A stretch of 64,000 bases of DNA from Eukaryota sp. GEM-RC1 (GCA_040285855.1 JAUFOQ010000003.1:1054001-1118000), one strand, 5' to 3'; positions 1 through 12,830 are shown, counted from the stretch's first letter. Notes: generated by a model not told the origin, from the letters alone. Translations and numbers: made by a program.

Positions 1-314
1 TTGTGTTTGCCAATTGTACCCTTTATCAAATTCAGGTACACAACAGATCAACTTTCACCATGATCCGTACCTTTTATTCTACAAATAACGGTCGTATCGA
101 GTCACATCCTCTTCATGCACTAACTTATCTCATGCGGACTAATATGTCCGTCAGTGGTACCTATTCATCATCCACATTGGTCTACACCGCTGATGGTCAG
201 ACTGCTACAGTTCGATTTGGAAGAGATGGTTGTACATGTCAAGGTTGGGACTGTCGTGTTGACTCTGTCTCTTCTACTTCTTGGAAGATTTACTTTGGTA
301 AGGCAGTAATGTAG
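1..314 (+). CDS. 3' end of a protein of unknown function (begins before the window)
   Basis: Open frame from the window edge to TAG at 312-314 with host-like codon usage; no recognised motif. Confidence 0.4.
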   Translation, partial: VFANCTLYQIQVHNRSTFTMIRTFYSTNNGRIESHPLHALTYLMRTNMSVSGTYSSSTLVYTADGQTATVRFGRDGCTCQGWDCRVDSVSSTSWKIYFGKAVM

Positions 315-739
315 TCTTTTGATGTATCATTCATTTAACACTAAACGACTGTAAGCTGCCAACTGGTTTCAGAAACCAATATCCCATTCTCAATGCTATA
401 GTTATTAGATCTTCTTCCATCAGGAGACTTCATCACTATATTGGTAAATACTTCACAAGCTGATAACCAGTTCTCTAGAGTTATAAGATCAAATATTCCT
501 AAAATAATGTTCCATATGTATGAGATTACTATTACTGATTTAATTGAATTCTTCCGCACAAGGTCATCGGTCTACTTCTTGGAACTATGGAATGACTACG
601 TCACCAAATATCTATTATTACCACATATTAGTTCAACACTAAACTAAATATTTTAAACGAAAAGATTGGTGATTTCTCTCTGTTTCGATCGATGACCAAA
701 TTTATTAAATCAATTATCTAGTAAATTGTATTAAAACTG

Positions 740-1003
740 TGGGCATGATGATCAGGTATTTTTGGTGTCAATCGTTCCAAAAAAAAAGGTCAGTGCGAGT
801 AGAGATGGGAAAATACTCGAGTATGCTTGGGCAAGTTCGCCAACCACCCCGAGCACAATGCGTACTTAAATGACTTCAATGATGTCAACGGGGAAAAGCT
901 GGTAGGTTTATATGCCCTTAGACCGCTGAAGGACGAGGAAGTTTTCTTGTCTTACGATTGGTACTTTCCAAAGGACAGGAAAGCCATCCCTTGGTTTATG
1001 TAA
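740..1003 (+). pseudogene. SET-domain C-terminal fragment (lysine methyltransferase-like), absent from the ORF track
   Basis: Frame 824-1003 reads CLGKFANHPEHNAYLNDFNDVNGEKLVGLYALRPLKDEEVFLSYDWYFPKDRKAIPWFM*. This matches the SET motifs (R/K)FxNH, LxAxRxI and EExxxxY. The upstream part is frameshifted or truncated. Confidence 0.6.
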
Positions 1004-1713
1004 TTATTTAGTTTTGTTTTATTCAAATTCTTTTCAATCTTTGAATAAATTTCATTATATATCAGTTTTCTTCTTTTGAATTTTTTTATTTGAAGTTAAA
1101 TTATGGTCATGTGTTGATTGAGCCTTGATCTTTTTCAAATACTTTCTTGGAAACTTCTCAATGATAACCATTTTGATTTGAAAAAACCAATCTAACAACC
1201 AGGGTTGCACAAGATACGTCACGTCACAGTGACGGTGACGTCGCCACTTGGGCATCTATTTTTGTGGAACAATTCGAATTTTTGTCAAAATATATTTCTG
1301 TAATTTGTATCAGTCACTTAAAGTCAATGGTACCTTGACAAGTATCGATCTTGGATCAGTTTTCTATTCAAAGATTGTACTTTGGTCAGTGTCGACGAAG
1401 AAGAAGATCTAGTGGTTTAACGAACGAACTTTTCGTTCATTTACATTGATGAAAAGAATATATAGAAGATTATTGGATCAAAGAAGAAACAAAAAACTAG
1501 CAGAATATAGCTATAAAATTTATATAAACACCTCTAGAAAGTTCAAGAATTAAATTATCGAATATATTACATCTTGTCAAAAATTCAAATTAAAAACAAA
1601 CAAGTACAAGTTAAATAAAAAACAAATTCATAATTCCGAGAATATAGAAAAGCAAAGCTGAATAAAATGCCAATCAATACTTCCAATAAAATACAAATAC
1701 ACAAATAATTAAA

Positions 1714-2961
1714 TTAAATTTCAAATATTCCACCATTAAGACTCGAGCTCTTTGAAGCAGAATCTCGAATCATATTAAGTTGCCTCAAAGATTTATCCAA
1801 TCTAATCTGAGACAAATTCCAATCATCATCGTCATCAGAATCAATAGAAAAGCTCGAGATCCGACTCTCATCAGCCAACTCAAACTTTGGCACTGACAAT
1901 GACCTGCTCCTATACGAAGGAGATCTACTAGGAGACTTTGTGGGAGATCTTGTAGGAGACCTACTTGCTGATTGTATTAGTGGTTTAGTTGATCTAAAGT
2001 CAATAGTTTCAAGTTTTTTACGTGATGATTCTTGAAGTCGTTGTCGTGCTTCCTCAAGTTGCTGACGAAGTTGCCGATTCTCTGATTTATAAGACCCGAG
2101 ATGTTTTGATAGTGATTGGAATTTTGATTGACGATCTCTAATCTCAAAGGATAACAGTCGGTTGTTTTCAGCAAGTTTTGCTTTTTCTGAGTCCAATTGT
2201 TCATACTCATGAGCAGCTGTTCGCTGATACTGTTCAAATCGAGACAAAAGCTCCTGATATTGTTTTTCAATACCAATCAGATTTGATTTCAGATCTCCAT
2301 TCTTACGTTTCAAGTCATTAATCATCCCAGTCGAATCATTACGTTGATGTTCTTCCTTCATCTTGTTAATGGTTGTAACTAAATGAGTACACTTCTGCTT
2401 ATACGATTGCTTGGCTTCCCTTGCTGCTTCTAGCTGATCTTTGAGACTGTAGAAGTCCCTTTCAAGCTTGTGGATGTCATTCTGATGCTTCTGTCGAGTT
2501 TCAGAAGTGACAGTGGAAAGTTGGTTCTTAAGAGAAGAAACAGAAGAAGTGAGGGACTGGTTATCACCAAGGAGAGAGTCTACTTTGGTTTGCAGGCGGG
2601 TGTTTTCCTCGCTTAGCTCGGTTGAAGCAGAGATCTGAGTTTTGAGTTGGGCCGAGAGGTGTTCGTTGTCATTGGTTATAGAAGAAATCTTTTTCTGGAG
2701 GTTTTCGATGGCTTCATGAGCCTTATCTAGAAGTTTGTCACGAGATTGAAGTTCGGTTTCAACTTCTTCAAGTCGGATGACAGCATCGACTGATTCAACA
2801 GCTTCTTGATGTGAAGTTCCCTGTATTTTGGCTAAGCGTTCTTCAAGATGGAAGATACGAAGTTTGAAATCAAAGTTTTCCTTCCGCAGAGATTCAAGTT
2901 CATGTTCAAGATGTTTTAGGGAATGCACAGAAGGAGATGATTCAGTTGGAGGTGTTGGCAT
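1714..2961 (-). CDS. Centrosomin motif 1 (CM1/Cnn_1N) coiled-coil protein, putative gamma-tubulin complex receptor
   Basis: N-terminal SLKHLEHELESLRKENFDFKLRIFHLEERL matches the CM1 consensus LxKENFxLKLRIxxLEE. A long coiled coil and SP-rich tail follow. Confidence 0.8.
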   Translation of the reverse strand: MPTPPTESSPSVHSLKHLEHELESLRKENFDFKLRIFHLEERLAKIQGTSHQEAVESVDAVIRLEEVETELQSRDKLLDKAHEAIENLQKKISSITNDNEHLSAQLKTQISASTELSEENTRLQTKVDSLLGDNQSLTSSVSSLKNQLSTVTSETRQKHQNDIHKLERDFYSLKDQLEAAREAKQSYKQKCTHLVTTINKMKEEHQRNDSTGMINDLKRKNGDLKSNLIGIEKQYQELLSRFEQYQRTAAHEYEQLDSEKAKLAENNRLLSFEIRDRQSKFQSLSKHLGSYKSENRQLRQQLEEARQRLQESSRKKLETIDFRSTKPLIQSASRSPTRSPTKSPSRSPSYRSRSLSVPKFELADESRISSFSIDSDDDDDWNLSQIRLDKSLRQLNMIRDSASKSSSLNGGIFEI

Positions 2962-3024
2962 TACTATAAGAACTTAATAGCTTACCTAAATGGTCTGGAA
3001 TTTACAAGCAAAAATCCTCCTCAA

Positions 3025-4765
3025 ATGTCTCGGATGTTCCAAGCTTCAACTCCCGCCTTCATCGGGAAAAAAACCCTTACTCTTCGTCTAGATGTCATGA
3101 ATCTCACCATCATTGACAAAAAGGATCGATGGAGGACCAATTCTCATTGGCTGACATTGACAAGATTGATTCCTGGTCTGATGATATCAAGATCACTACT
3201 GCTACTAAACCGGATAAACCTTACGAATTCATATTCAAATCATCTTTAGACCGTCAACTCTTCCAAAACGCACTTCATGCCTTCCGTAACAAAAAACCTA
3301 TCGACGAAGTGGATGAAGAATGGCAAATAGAACCGGTCAAGGTTTTTTGCGGTATGATTTTTCCTTCTGTTACCTCATCCCAGGCACTTGGAATCTAGGT
3401 AATGCTGCCCCTCCATCTCGTCTTGAGTCATGGCTTCCTCGTTCTGGCTACCATATCTATGCTGTTGGAGTTCAAGAAGCAGGATACTCAGCTCGTCAAG
3501 GGTTCTCTTCTTGTGAAGATGATTGGTTTGGTTGTCTTTCAGCTTATCTAGGGGACAAATACCAAATCATTGCTCAAAAATCCATGCTAGAGATTCGTCT
3601 TGTTGTTTTCATTCACAAACAGTTCTTCGTCAAAGTATCCAACGTGGAAATCGATACCGAAGCCACTGGAATTGCTAGAGTGTATGGAAATAAGGGAGCG
3701 GTTGCAATCAAATTTGATATATCCGCCACGTCATTTTGCTTCATCAATTCTCATTTAGCCGCACATCAAGAAAAAGTTGAAGACAGGAATACCGACTTTA
3801 AAGAGATTGTCGATCAAATCAAACTAGGTGATAAAGACACTGATTGCCTCAATCAATTCCACTACGTGTTTTGGATGGGTGATCTCAATTACCGAATCAA
3901 TCTCGACAGACCAACGGCAGTAGAGCTTTCCGAAAGGGCGTTTAACGGTGACATGAATGCAATCAAGGAGTTGTTGTTGAAGGATCAACTATTAGATCAA
4001 CGCGAAGCTCTAAGTGCTTTTGTAGGGTTTAATGAAGCTAAAATCACTTTTGCTCCAACTTACAGAATGAATAGGAATGGGCCTGGTTACTCTACTGAGA
4101 AGAACAGAGTTCCTGCTTATACTGATCGAATTCTATGGAAAGCTTTTCCTGGACTGAAGGTTTTGCCCACTTCATATACGTCTGCGCCTTCTATTACAAC
4201 TTCTGATCATCGGCCAGTGTCTGCAACGTTTGTAGTTGCTACTTATGTACCACAAGGAACTTTGTCTCATCCGAGCCCTTGTTATATTAAGTTCTCGAAT
4301 CTGCGTGCGGAAGACTTGCCTGTAATGGATCTAAATGGACTTGCTGACCCTTTTATTGTTTTTTCTGGACCTTTTCTTGACTCGTCTCTGCCTAACAGAA
4401 CAGCTGTTATTCGAAAGACTCGGAATCCTGTATGGCCTGAGGATGCTGTTCCTACCTTAGTTCCACTAGTTACTACAGCTACTGGTCTCTCGAAACAATA
4501 TTTAACTTGTTCGTTTTATGATTACGATCAGTTTTCGTCAAATGATTTTATTGGACATTGTGTTATTCCTTTAAGTGCGGCTTCTGGTCTTGGAATGCCT
4601 TACCACTTTCATTGTACAATACTAGGACAAGGAATTCCTGTTGGAACTTTTAAAGGAACTCTTCAGATAGTTTTCCCAATGGAAGGTGCTGATATGCCTG
4701 TTTTTGAAACACTAGTTGCAAAAGAGAAGAGGTTAAAGGGAAAGAAGTTGGTTGTTTTGAAGTAG
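3025..4765 (+). CDS. Inositol polyphosphate 5-phosphatase with short N-terminal (PH-like) domain and C-terminal C2 domain
   Basis: Motifs VFCGTWN (after splicing), GNKGAV, SHLAAH, FWMGDLNYR, PAYTDRILW, SDHRPV; C2 motifs MDLNGLADPF, TRNPVW, YDYDQFSSNDFIG. Requires intron 3352-3383 and one missing A in the run near 3118-3122. Confidence 0.9.
3352..3383 (+). other. 32-nt GT-AG spliceosomal intron
   Basis: gtatgatttttccttctgttacctcatcccag; removal restores the canonical F-C-G-T-W-N motif and joins ORFs 3129.. and 3320.. Confidence 0.85.
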
Positions 4766-7700
4766 GTGTAAATGGAGGTTTTATTTGTATACAATATGGA
4801 TTTTTTTTTGAATAAAGGGGATTTTTTTTGAAAATAATATCAATTAAATAATACAAAATTAAAAGGTATGAAATACAGCGATAATACAGAAATAAATTGA
4901 GAAAATTATCAATCAAAAACATGGCCTCACTATCAAAATATCCAGTATTAGGCGAGTCAAAACTTTGGACAATTGGTTCTGGAACAACTTCCAACTCAAC
5001 ATTAATTTCCTCATCTCCAATTAACTGAAGTAAAACTTTTAAATTTTCAATTTCATCTCTATACCCAAGATCAATCATTTGAAATAGTTCGGATAAATAA
5101 CTGAAAACTTTCTCAGAATAGAGTCTTCGAATAACTTCACCAATCTGATCATCAGAAAAAGAGTTGATTTTCTTCAATGAAATTAATTCTGCAACTAAAG
5201 CATATCTCTTTCTAGACAGAGATTTAAGGAAACATTTTACAGCTAAAACTAGATTCTGTTGTACAAGATCAACAATCTCATGATCAATTTCATCAATTAG
5301 AATTTCCGGTCCAATTGTTTCTTCGGCGGCTTTTAACACAGAAATGAGTTCATCTAAATGTTGCACTGCAAGAGTAAACTTTCCAGCATTAATTAAGATA
5401 TCACATTTTAATCTGAGTGAAGATAAGGTTTTACCATCAAATTTACCCAATTCTGAAGTAAAACAAGTGATTGATTTGTCAACGTGATCAAGAGCATTTG
5501 AGAAATCACCTTTGGCGTTACAAAGTTTTGCCATGTGATATGAAATTGTGTAAATTCCACCTAATTTTAAACTGTCATAAATAGATGAACAGGTTTCAAA
5601 AGCTTTCTGAGCACCATCTAGATTCCCCATTCTAAATTGATTATCACCCAATAAAATTAAATATTCGGCAGTTTTTGGATGAATTGAGCCTAGAATTTTC
5701 TGAGATAAACGTACTAAACGTGAATATTGTTGATTGCACAGATCAAACAAATTTAAATTTTGCAACATTTTCCCTGTCATTGCAAATAAGTCGAATAGCA
5801 CAAAATCTTCATCTCCAAAATAATTTACAGATACTTTTTGAGCAATCTGAATTTGCTCAGAAAAGAACTTTCCAACATCCGACGAGCTCAGAGTCGACTT
5901 CGACAGTCGTGATTGAGCTTCAATCACTTTAATCATACAAGGATGCCATCTTAATGACAAAGATAACGCGGTATTACAGTACAACTGACCATAAATAGGA
6001 TTATTTGAAAGTGAATAGATTTTGGACAGCATAGTCATAAGAACAACAGTTGAAGAACCACGTAGACCATAGTGATATTTGTGAATTTTTAAATAATTTT
6101 GAACGATCTTCAAACATTCATCATAGTTTCTGCGTGCAAGAGAGCGTTCAACGGCGTCCACACAACCAAAGAAGTTGAGATTTCTACTGCTAAAGTTTTG
6201 GTGGTACTGAAGAATATCCAGATTAGGGTCAATTGATAAAATAGGCAATCCTAATAAATCAGGTAAGTAATCAACTGGGACAACATCAATCAAATCTTCC
6301 ACAGTCAATGGATTGCAGTCGCTCGCGTGACCAAATTTAAATTCATTAGAATCTTTAAAAGAAACGCCAGATAACTGACTCATTCGAAGAAATAACGCAT
6401 ACAGACAAACATCAGATTTTAAAATATTAACATGGAATTTTTCAAAAGTGCATGGTAAAACAAGTTCTTTCCAGGCTTGGTTAGTCTCCTCGCCAGATCC
6501 CAAAATTAAATTAAAAAAGTCAACAATATTTGATTTGATATCAGTGTTGAAATATTTAATTTTTTCAGCAATATCTAAATCTGCAACTGATGACATCATG
6601 GGAGATCCAAAATCATAGCCACCATCATAAGAAGGCATTGAATAATCATTAAAGGAAGGTATAGCCATTTCCCCGCCATAACTTGATTGCCCCATCAAAT
6701 CTGATTGAGGATTTGATTGATTAGACGTATAGATTGATGAATGCGGAGTCATTCGAAGTTTTCGTTGACTACTTCGAAGTGCATTTCTCAACTGAAAAAC
6801 ACAAACATGTGCACAAATTTCAACAATAACCAATTTTTTAATTGATGGCAAACGTGAATACTTGTGTAACAATCCAAGAAACTTGTTTGAATATCCAGAA
6901 ACACGCAGCAAATCTGTCAAATCCTCAGGACTAAACACATTATATTTAAAATTATCAACATCATTTACAAACTGACCAAACTCTGTCATTATCTTCTGAG
7001 AAACTTGCAACGCTGCCTCTTCATCTTGTATGTTGACTTCTTCGGACTGACTCAAAGAAAGGAAAGCATCACTATTGAGTGATTGGTTAGATCTCATCTC
7101 ATGAACAAGCTTCATTAGATAGATAGGAGATATCCGATCACTGAGAGTAAGATCTCCTTGTTGACAAATTAAAGGAGGAGTCAGTCTGGAGAGCTCAGTG
7201 AGGTAGAAAACGTCACTTTTGATTGATTTGTAAACGTCATTTTCTACTGATAGAGGAGTGGGTATCTTAGAACCATTAATGTCAGCAGTATGATGGGATA
7301 ATCCAAGAAAACGGCCAATCAAACTGAGTTGATCTTGAAGAGAATCATTGTCCTTGAATAAATCGGAATAATTAAAAGATCTCGAAATTTCAATTTTTTT
7401 CTTTGGTGGAGAAGGAGTTGGAAATCCACAATTATAAGCATAAGGGTTAGATTCTTGAACCTGAGGTTCCTCTTCCTCTTCCTCCACTTCAGTTCTCACT
7501 TCAATTGCTCCAAAGACCTTGTTGGAATCACAAGGACAGGTGGCTCTACACAATAGAGAAAAACCTTTGTAATCAACGACGATAGCAAGAGGCACCTTGA
7601 CAATCCACTCAAACGGAGTCACGTCATCATCACAGTCGTTAAATATTGAAATATCTTCGTTTTGGGAAGGAACTCTGTTTCCATTCGCAATCTCAGTCAA

Positions 7701-8990
7701 AAGAGCCAATCGCTTCGAATAATGACGTAGCGAAGTAAGGATCAAGCAAGAGGTCAATAACCCTATATTTCTGACCTCCCATAAACCATTTTCAGCCATG
7801 ACATAGTCTTCATCAAAGTCTTCAACTACTTCAGGTGTAGGTGGTTCTGCATTAAACATGTACTGATTCTCCTGAGGTTGTTCCTCTTTGGTGCCGTCAT
7901 CATGGATTTTAGCAGTTAAAAACTGGAAGGAAACTCCTCCGTGAACCACCCCTCTCTGTTCATAATCGTTACTCCTAGTCATTTCTTCCATGACCATTGC
8001 TGAGCCAAGTGAAGTGAAATAGCCTCCGCTGAACATCTTCTTCTTCTGCTTCTTCTCAGTTTCAAGTGCTTTTAAATAAGAGTCCAAGAGGGGATCTGAA
8101 CCCTTTTCACCAGTAATAAAGTTTTCTACTATATACGGGAACATTGTCTTATCTTTGGCTTCGAGACAGTACTCATCAACTACAGATTTGACTGTGGATT
8201 TACAGAAAGAGGAAAACTTGCCTAAAATCTCGTATATACAGTATAATTGATTTAGAAGATTGGACTTGTAACTAGAGATGAGCTCATTTGCTGTTGATTG
8301 GTACTGTTTGACTGCGGTTTCCCACTTCTCATCATAGCCAATCGCAGAGTGTTTATTAGCTTTCGGTGGAACAAACACCGGGGGTTTCGGTGGTTCTGCC
8401 ACGTGGACAAGCTGTTGCCAGATGAAGTTCCAGTCCTCAGGTAGACCGGCAGAAGGATCGTGGGCAGAGAGTAGGTCAAGAACAGTGGGAGGGGAAGGAG
8501 TTGGGGATATGAGAGAGTCAGTGGGAGGTTCAACGGGAGGTTTGTAGGGAGATTCTAGGATGTCGGAATTGGGTGACAGGAGCTCTTGTAGTTGGATGAG
8601 GGTAGAAAGGGAGAAGGGAGAGTATGCAGGTCGGGTAGAAGTGGGAGAATAACGATGGTTAATGGAATCTACCCAATCGGTGACTTCCTGACAAGAAATG
8701 GAGGATGAAGAGCTTTCAACAGCTAGATAGAGTATGCTGTCATAGGGTCGAGTGATAGAGAAAACTCCTGAGGTAATTGGAAGCTTCTTTTTGATATTAC
8801 ATCAGGAGGACAGATTTCTGCGACAGCATCCTTTAAAAAAGACATATTTGAAGTTATCAGCATCAGGTGTGTGTCCATAGTGAAGGGTTTCCGGTGTAAG
8901 TTTGAACCATCGACGTTTCCATCCAGAAGAAAGGAGTTTTCGTTTCGGTTTTAACAACCATCCTTCTCGTATAAAAGAGTCGTTGGTCAT
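4650..8990 (-). CDS. PH domain + Clu-like domain + TPR protein
   Basis: 8990-8802 encodes REGWLLKP...WKRRWFKL (PH). After two homopolymer shifts (~8840, ~8790) the frame continues through DWVDSI into the 1250-aa ORF, which has Clu-like PLAIVVDYKG and ELSRLTPP and TPR-like helices (LGSIHPKTA). The true stop is probably near 4910; the ORF tail runs through AT-rich UTR into the convergent gene. Confidence 0.7.
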
Positions 8991-9042
8991 TCGAGATGAA
9001 GACGGAGAAGAGTTATGATGACAAAAATTCGGATCTGTTTTG

Positions 9043-9657
9043 ATGAAACTTTGGGAACTTCAAGCATGTCTTCAACAAGTAGCAGGCTTCGACACTCCTA
9101 AAGTACGTCTAGAACAGTATATCACTCCTAATGACATTGCTGCTACGATTTTACACACCGCAGAATTATCATATGGAGATATTTCATCCAAATCTGTATT
9201 GGATCTTGGATGTGGTACTGGTATGCTTTCTATAGCTGCATCCATTCTAGGAGCTGAGAATGTACACTCTTTTGATATAGATGAAGATGCTTTAACAATT
9301 GCACGTTCAAATGCTATCAATCTTGAGATTGATAATATTACCTTCCACAACGCTGATGTATTAGAACTTGATTTACAACAAAAGTTCGACACAGTTCTTC
9401 TGAATCCACCATTTGGAACGAAACATAATGCTGGTATTGACGTTGCATTCTTGAAAAAAGCCATTGAGTTCAGTTCTAATTCTGTGTATTCCCTTCACAA
9501 AACTTCAACCAGAGAGTATTTAATTAGGACAATCAAAAGTTTAGGGTTAGAAGTAGAAGTTTTGGCCACTATTAAGTATGACTTGCCTAAAACAATGAAG
9601 TTTCATAAGAAACGAAATGAAGTGATTGAGGTAGACCTCCTTCGAGTTCAGATGTAA
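9043..9657 (+). CDS. METTL5: 18S rRNA m6A methyltransferase METTL5
   Basis: LEQYITP..IAA, VLDLGCGTG, NPPFGTK, VYSLHKTSTR, KFHKK motifs; about 204 aa. Confidence 0.92.
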   Translation: MKLWELQACLQQVAGFDTPKVRLEQYITPNDIAATILHTAELSYGDISSKSVLDLGCGTGMLSIAASILGAENVHSFDIDEDALTIARSNAINLEIDNITFHNADVLELDLQQKFDTVLLNPPFGTKHNAGIDVAFLKKAIEFSSNSVYSLHKTSTREYLIRTIKSLGLEVEVLATIKYDLPKTMKFHKKRNEVIEVDLLRVQM

Positions 9658-10536
9658 CACTGCGGGTTTGAACTATGTGTACGAGTTTTAATTATCGAAA
9701 AACTGTGTATCAGCTTTACTGTTAATATTAATGATAAAAGTACCTATGTATGGTTCCATGCATTGCCTTTCGACTTTGGGTGAGTTGTTTGATGATGGAC
9801 AGAGGGATCGTATTTCACATTAGGATACGCTACTTATGGATATACTGCCAGATGTGGCCGTGTGTCACACGGATTACTATTTTCCAGACATTGTGTTCGA
9901 GTTAGATGTTCTTTGTTGTTGTTTACAACACATTCTACTTTAAGTACGTACATCCAGTTGCTGCATTCAATTCACGAAGACACAATTATATCGTCTTTCA
10001 GCATTTTGCAGTATCTTTGTACGGAATTTTCGGTTGTTCTACCAAGGAGTTTTAAAATTGATTTGACAATTTGTGTTGAGAATTTGGTAAGAAGTTTAAC
10101 AGATCGTACTGGAAGAGTAAATTTGCTTTTTCGATTTTTAGGTCTATGTATAGATATATTGATTCCATTTTGTCCAAGTTGTTTGGAGGTAACTACTTTT
10201 CGAAATTAGGTAGTTCGTTTGATAATTTGTTTTAATAGTGTTTATTAATTTGTTGTTTTCTTGTTGTGTGTTTTTCTCTGCACGTAAATCCGTTTCTCAT
10301 TGTACTTATTAACTTAGACATTAATAATAGACTCTGGGTCAGTGATACAGTACAATTATGTACTATGGTATATTATAGATTTTAGTTCTTACATCATACA
10401 CACAGTACTACTAGTAGTAGTTGTTCGAATAGAAATAAACAATTAAAAAGTACTGTCGAAACAGCATGAAATTCAAACTTACACAAATTTATTTTAATTA
10501 AAAGGCATTTAGAACAAATAGTTTTCCCCAAATTGT

Positions 10537-11961
10537 CTAATATTCAATTCGCCCACCATCAAACAATTCAAACTCAACTTCTCCAGAACTTAACAAGTAT
10601 AAATACTGAGCAACTCCATGGACAAGCTTACCTAAAGCTTCCCCGTGATTGATATATCCATCGTAGGGATTAATACCAATAAACATTTGATGACTTCCAT
10701 CATGATTCCTATACACCAGTGACGGTCGGGAAACTTCCCCAGGAAAACAGTCAATCACGATACTTTCCTGTTTGGGAACAGTTTTGGAACTAGTTATTCC
10801 AAAAGATTGAATCTCTAATTCCGAATCATTTAAAAATGAATAAACAGTATGAAACCGCGATGGTACAAAGCTTCCAGCAGGCCCGTAAAGAACTGGAGAA
10901 GTAACAGGAACTGCAACATCATGAATTTCTTCTCCCACAAACTGCTTGGCTGCTGATTGTTCCAGTACTATGACAGGACGGTTTGCAGAAACCCAATCAG
11001 TGATTTTAGAGCTTATAATGGGATTTTTCAAGACTCCAGCAAGGATTAACACGTCAATATTGTCCAAGTTGTCCTCGGTGGAAGAGGAATTTCTAATGGT
11101 GAAAACAGCATTGGAATTGCACGAGGAATAGCCCTTGGCCATCGCTTGAACTGTGGACTCAGATGAAGGAAAATACATAAGACAAGAGAGTTTTTTCTTG
11201 GCAGTATACTTTCTAGTAGATTCAACATTAGAAGGTAGAGAGGAAAGAGAAAGACTCTGATTTTCAAGTAAGAGGTCTGATAGTGGAGAAATTAGAAGAG
11301 ATGAAAGGTTATCAATGGTGGAAGAAGGGAGTGAAATCAGATCAGGAGGTGTGATAGAGAGAGATCGCAGTAACCAGTATGAAAGAGCAGGAGTTCGTGG
11401 TTGAAGATCAAGAAGGGATGAAAGAGTATTTTGAGAAAGGATCTGAGGATTGAGAAGATGGACATGATGTTGATGACGTTTTAAATGATCAGCAAACAAA
11501 AGAGAAAGATCACATTCTGGACTAATGTTCAGAGCCTTTTGCAGCAGTTGGGGGTTAGAGAATCTCTCAGCGCTTGAAAGGACAGATAGAATCCAGTTGG
11601 GATCATCTTTGTACTCTTTAAGAGTTCCAATAATATAGAGTTGGAGTGATTCATAGTCAAGAACTGATGCACACTCGAACAGTGCATGAATATTGGATAG
11701 AGTTACTGGTAGAGGATGAGTATAGAGAGTCTTCAGGACGTCGGACAAAATAGAGAACTCAACATGTAGGAGGTCAGAGAGGTCAACGATACTATCTGAA
11801 AGATCTTTGAAAAAGCTGAGCTTTGAACAAACAACAACTTTGTGAAGAGAAATAGTTTGATTCATATAAGACACGGTGAGATCACTGAAGTCTCCATCAA
11901 ACCAAGCTGCTATAGAAACCTGAACACTGAAGGGACGATCTCGCTTAACGCATTCATACAT
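10537..11961 (-). CDS. BTB/POZ-domain protein, paralog 1
   Basis: FSDLTVSY...ISLHKVVVCSKLSFF...VLKTLYT...NIHALFECASVLDYESL is a BTB signature; 474 aa intact. Confidence 0.8.
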   Translation of the reverse strand: MYECVKRDRPFSVQVSIAAWFDGDFSDLTVSYMNQTISLHKVVVCSKLSFFKDLSDSIVDLSDLLHVEFSILSDVLKTLYTHPLPVTLSNIHALFECASVLDYESLQLYIIGTLKEYKDDPNWILSVLSSAERFSNPQLLQKALNISPECDLSLLFADHLKRHQHHVHLLNPQILSQNTLSSLLDLQPRTPALSYWLLRSLSITPPDLISLPSSTIDNLSSLLISPLSDLLLENQSLSLSSLPSNVESTRKYTAKKKLSCLMYFPSSESTVQAMAKGYSSCNSNAVFTIRNSSSTEDNLDNIDVLILAGVLKNPIISSKITDWVSANRPVIVLEQSAAKQFVGEEIHDVAVPVTSPVLYGPAGSFVPSRFHTVYSFLNDSELEIQSFGITSSKTVPKQESIVIDCFPGEVSRPSLVYRNHDGSHQMFIGINPYDGYINHGEALGKLVHGVAQYLYLLSSGEVEFELFDGGRIEY

Positions 11962-12129
11962 TTTGATTGCAATGGAGAAATTGATTAGCGAAATCGATTT
12001 TTGTACTCTCGATTCAGTTATTAAGTTTGGTCTTCATATGAAAAGTCAGTGAGTGACAATTCGTTACATCCATCCATCTACTGATTTACAAGCTGCTGAG
12101 AACTCTGTGAAGATCAATAAAAGTATTAA

Positions 12130-12830
12130 TACAATTATCCATATGATGACTAAGATTGTCAATGTTTTAATGTGCTTTGGAGGGTAGTATGACGATATTG
12201 TAGTCCAAATCCAGAGTAGTTGACAAATTGTTTCAATTTGTGCTTGTGATACCAGTTCTATAGGTACTTTTCGACATGTTGTCAGCCAAAAGAAATTTAT
12301 GGAATTGTGATCTGTTTTACATAAAGCTGATCGTGGTGTCACTTATGAAATGTACAAATCTGATAATCTTAGTTGTAAAATTGAACGTCTTCTGAAATAT
12401 AATAGTGAAAACAACGAGGTTTGATTCTCGGCGTGGTGGCCTAATTGCTCCTTTCCTGGATTCAACTCAAGTTGTGGTTGATTTTACTAAAGTTGGTCCG
12501 TTTGCAAATGTCTACAACGATTCCATATTGAAGGATTCAAACGGTCATCTGGAAAAGGCTGAACAGCGAAAGTGTTCTACTTATGATGATACCTTGAAGA
12601 AACCTAATGAAAATTATTATTATAACTTTTCATTTGTTCCATTTACAATTTCATTTTTTGGTGTTGTTGGTCCAGTAGGTTTCAAATTATTTGGTTATTT
12701 GAATTTATTTGAAAACGGTCTTTACTGGTTCTGCATGATTAATCGAATCGAGTACTGTTTGCTCTTTATAATAAAAACTAATCTGATCTATTTAGACTAT
12801 TTAGGGATTCTAAATCAATATCAAAATTAA
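12130..12830 (+). mobile_element. Degenerate 3' fragment of an RLE-type (CRE-like) non-LTR retrotransposon
   Basis: RGGLIAP..VVVDFTKVGP..LEKAEQRKCSTY..FSFVPFTISFFG is an RLE nuclease remnant. Confidence 0.65.

Noticed and set aside
1314..1360. LRR-like peptide SLKVNGTLTSIDLG
   Set aside because: A single repeat-length fragment with no ORF; too short to call.
4650..4905. C-terminal ~85 aa of the 1250-aa ORF overlapping the 5-phosphatase
   Set aside because: It translates AT-rich UTR, and a one-base change in the T-run near 4915 gives a stop; likely read-through artefact.
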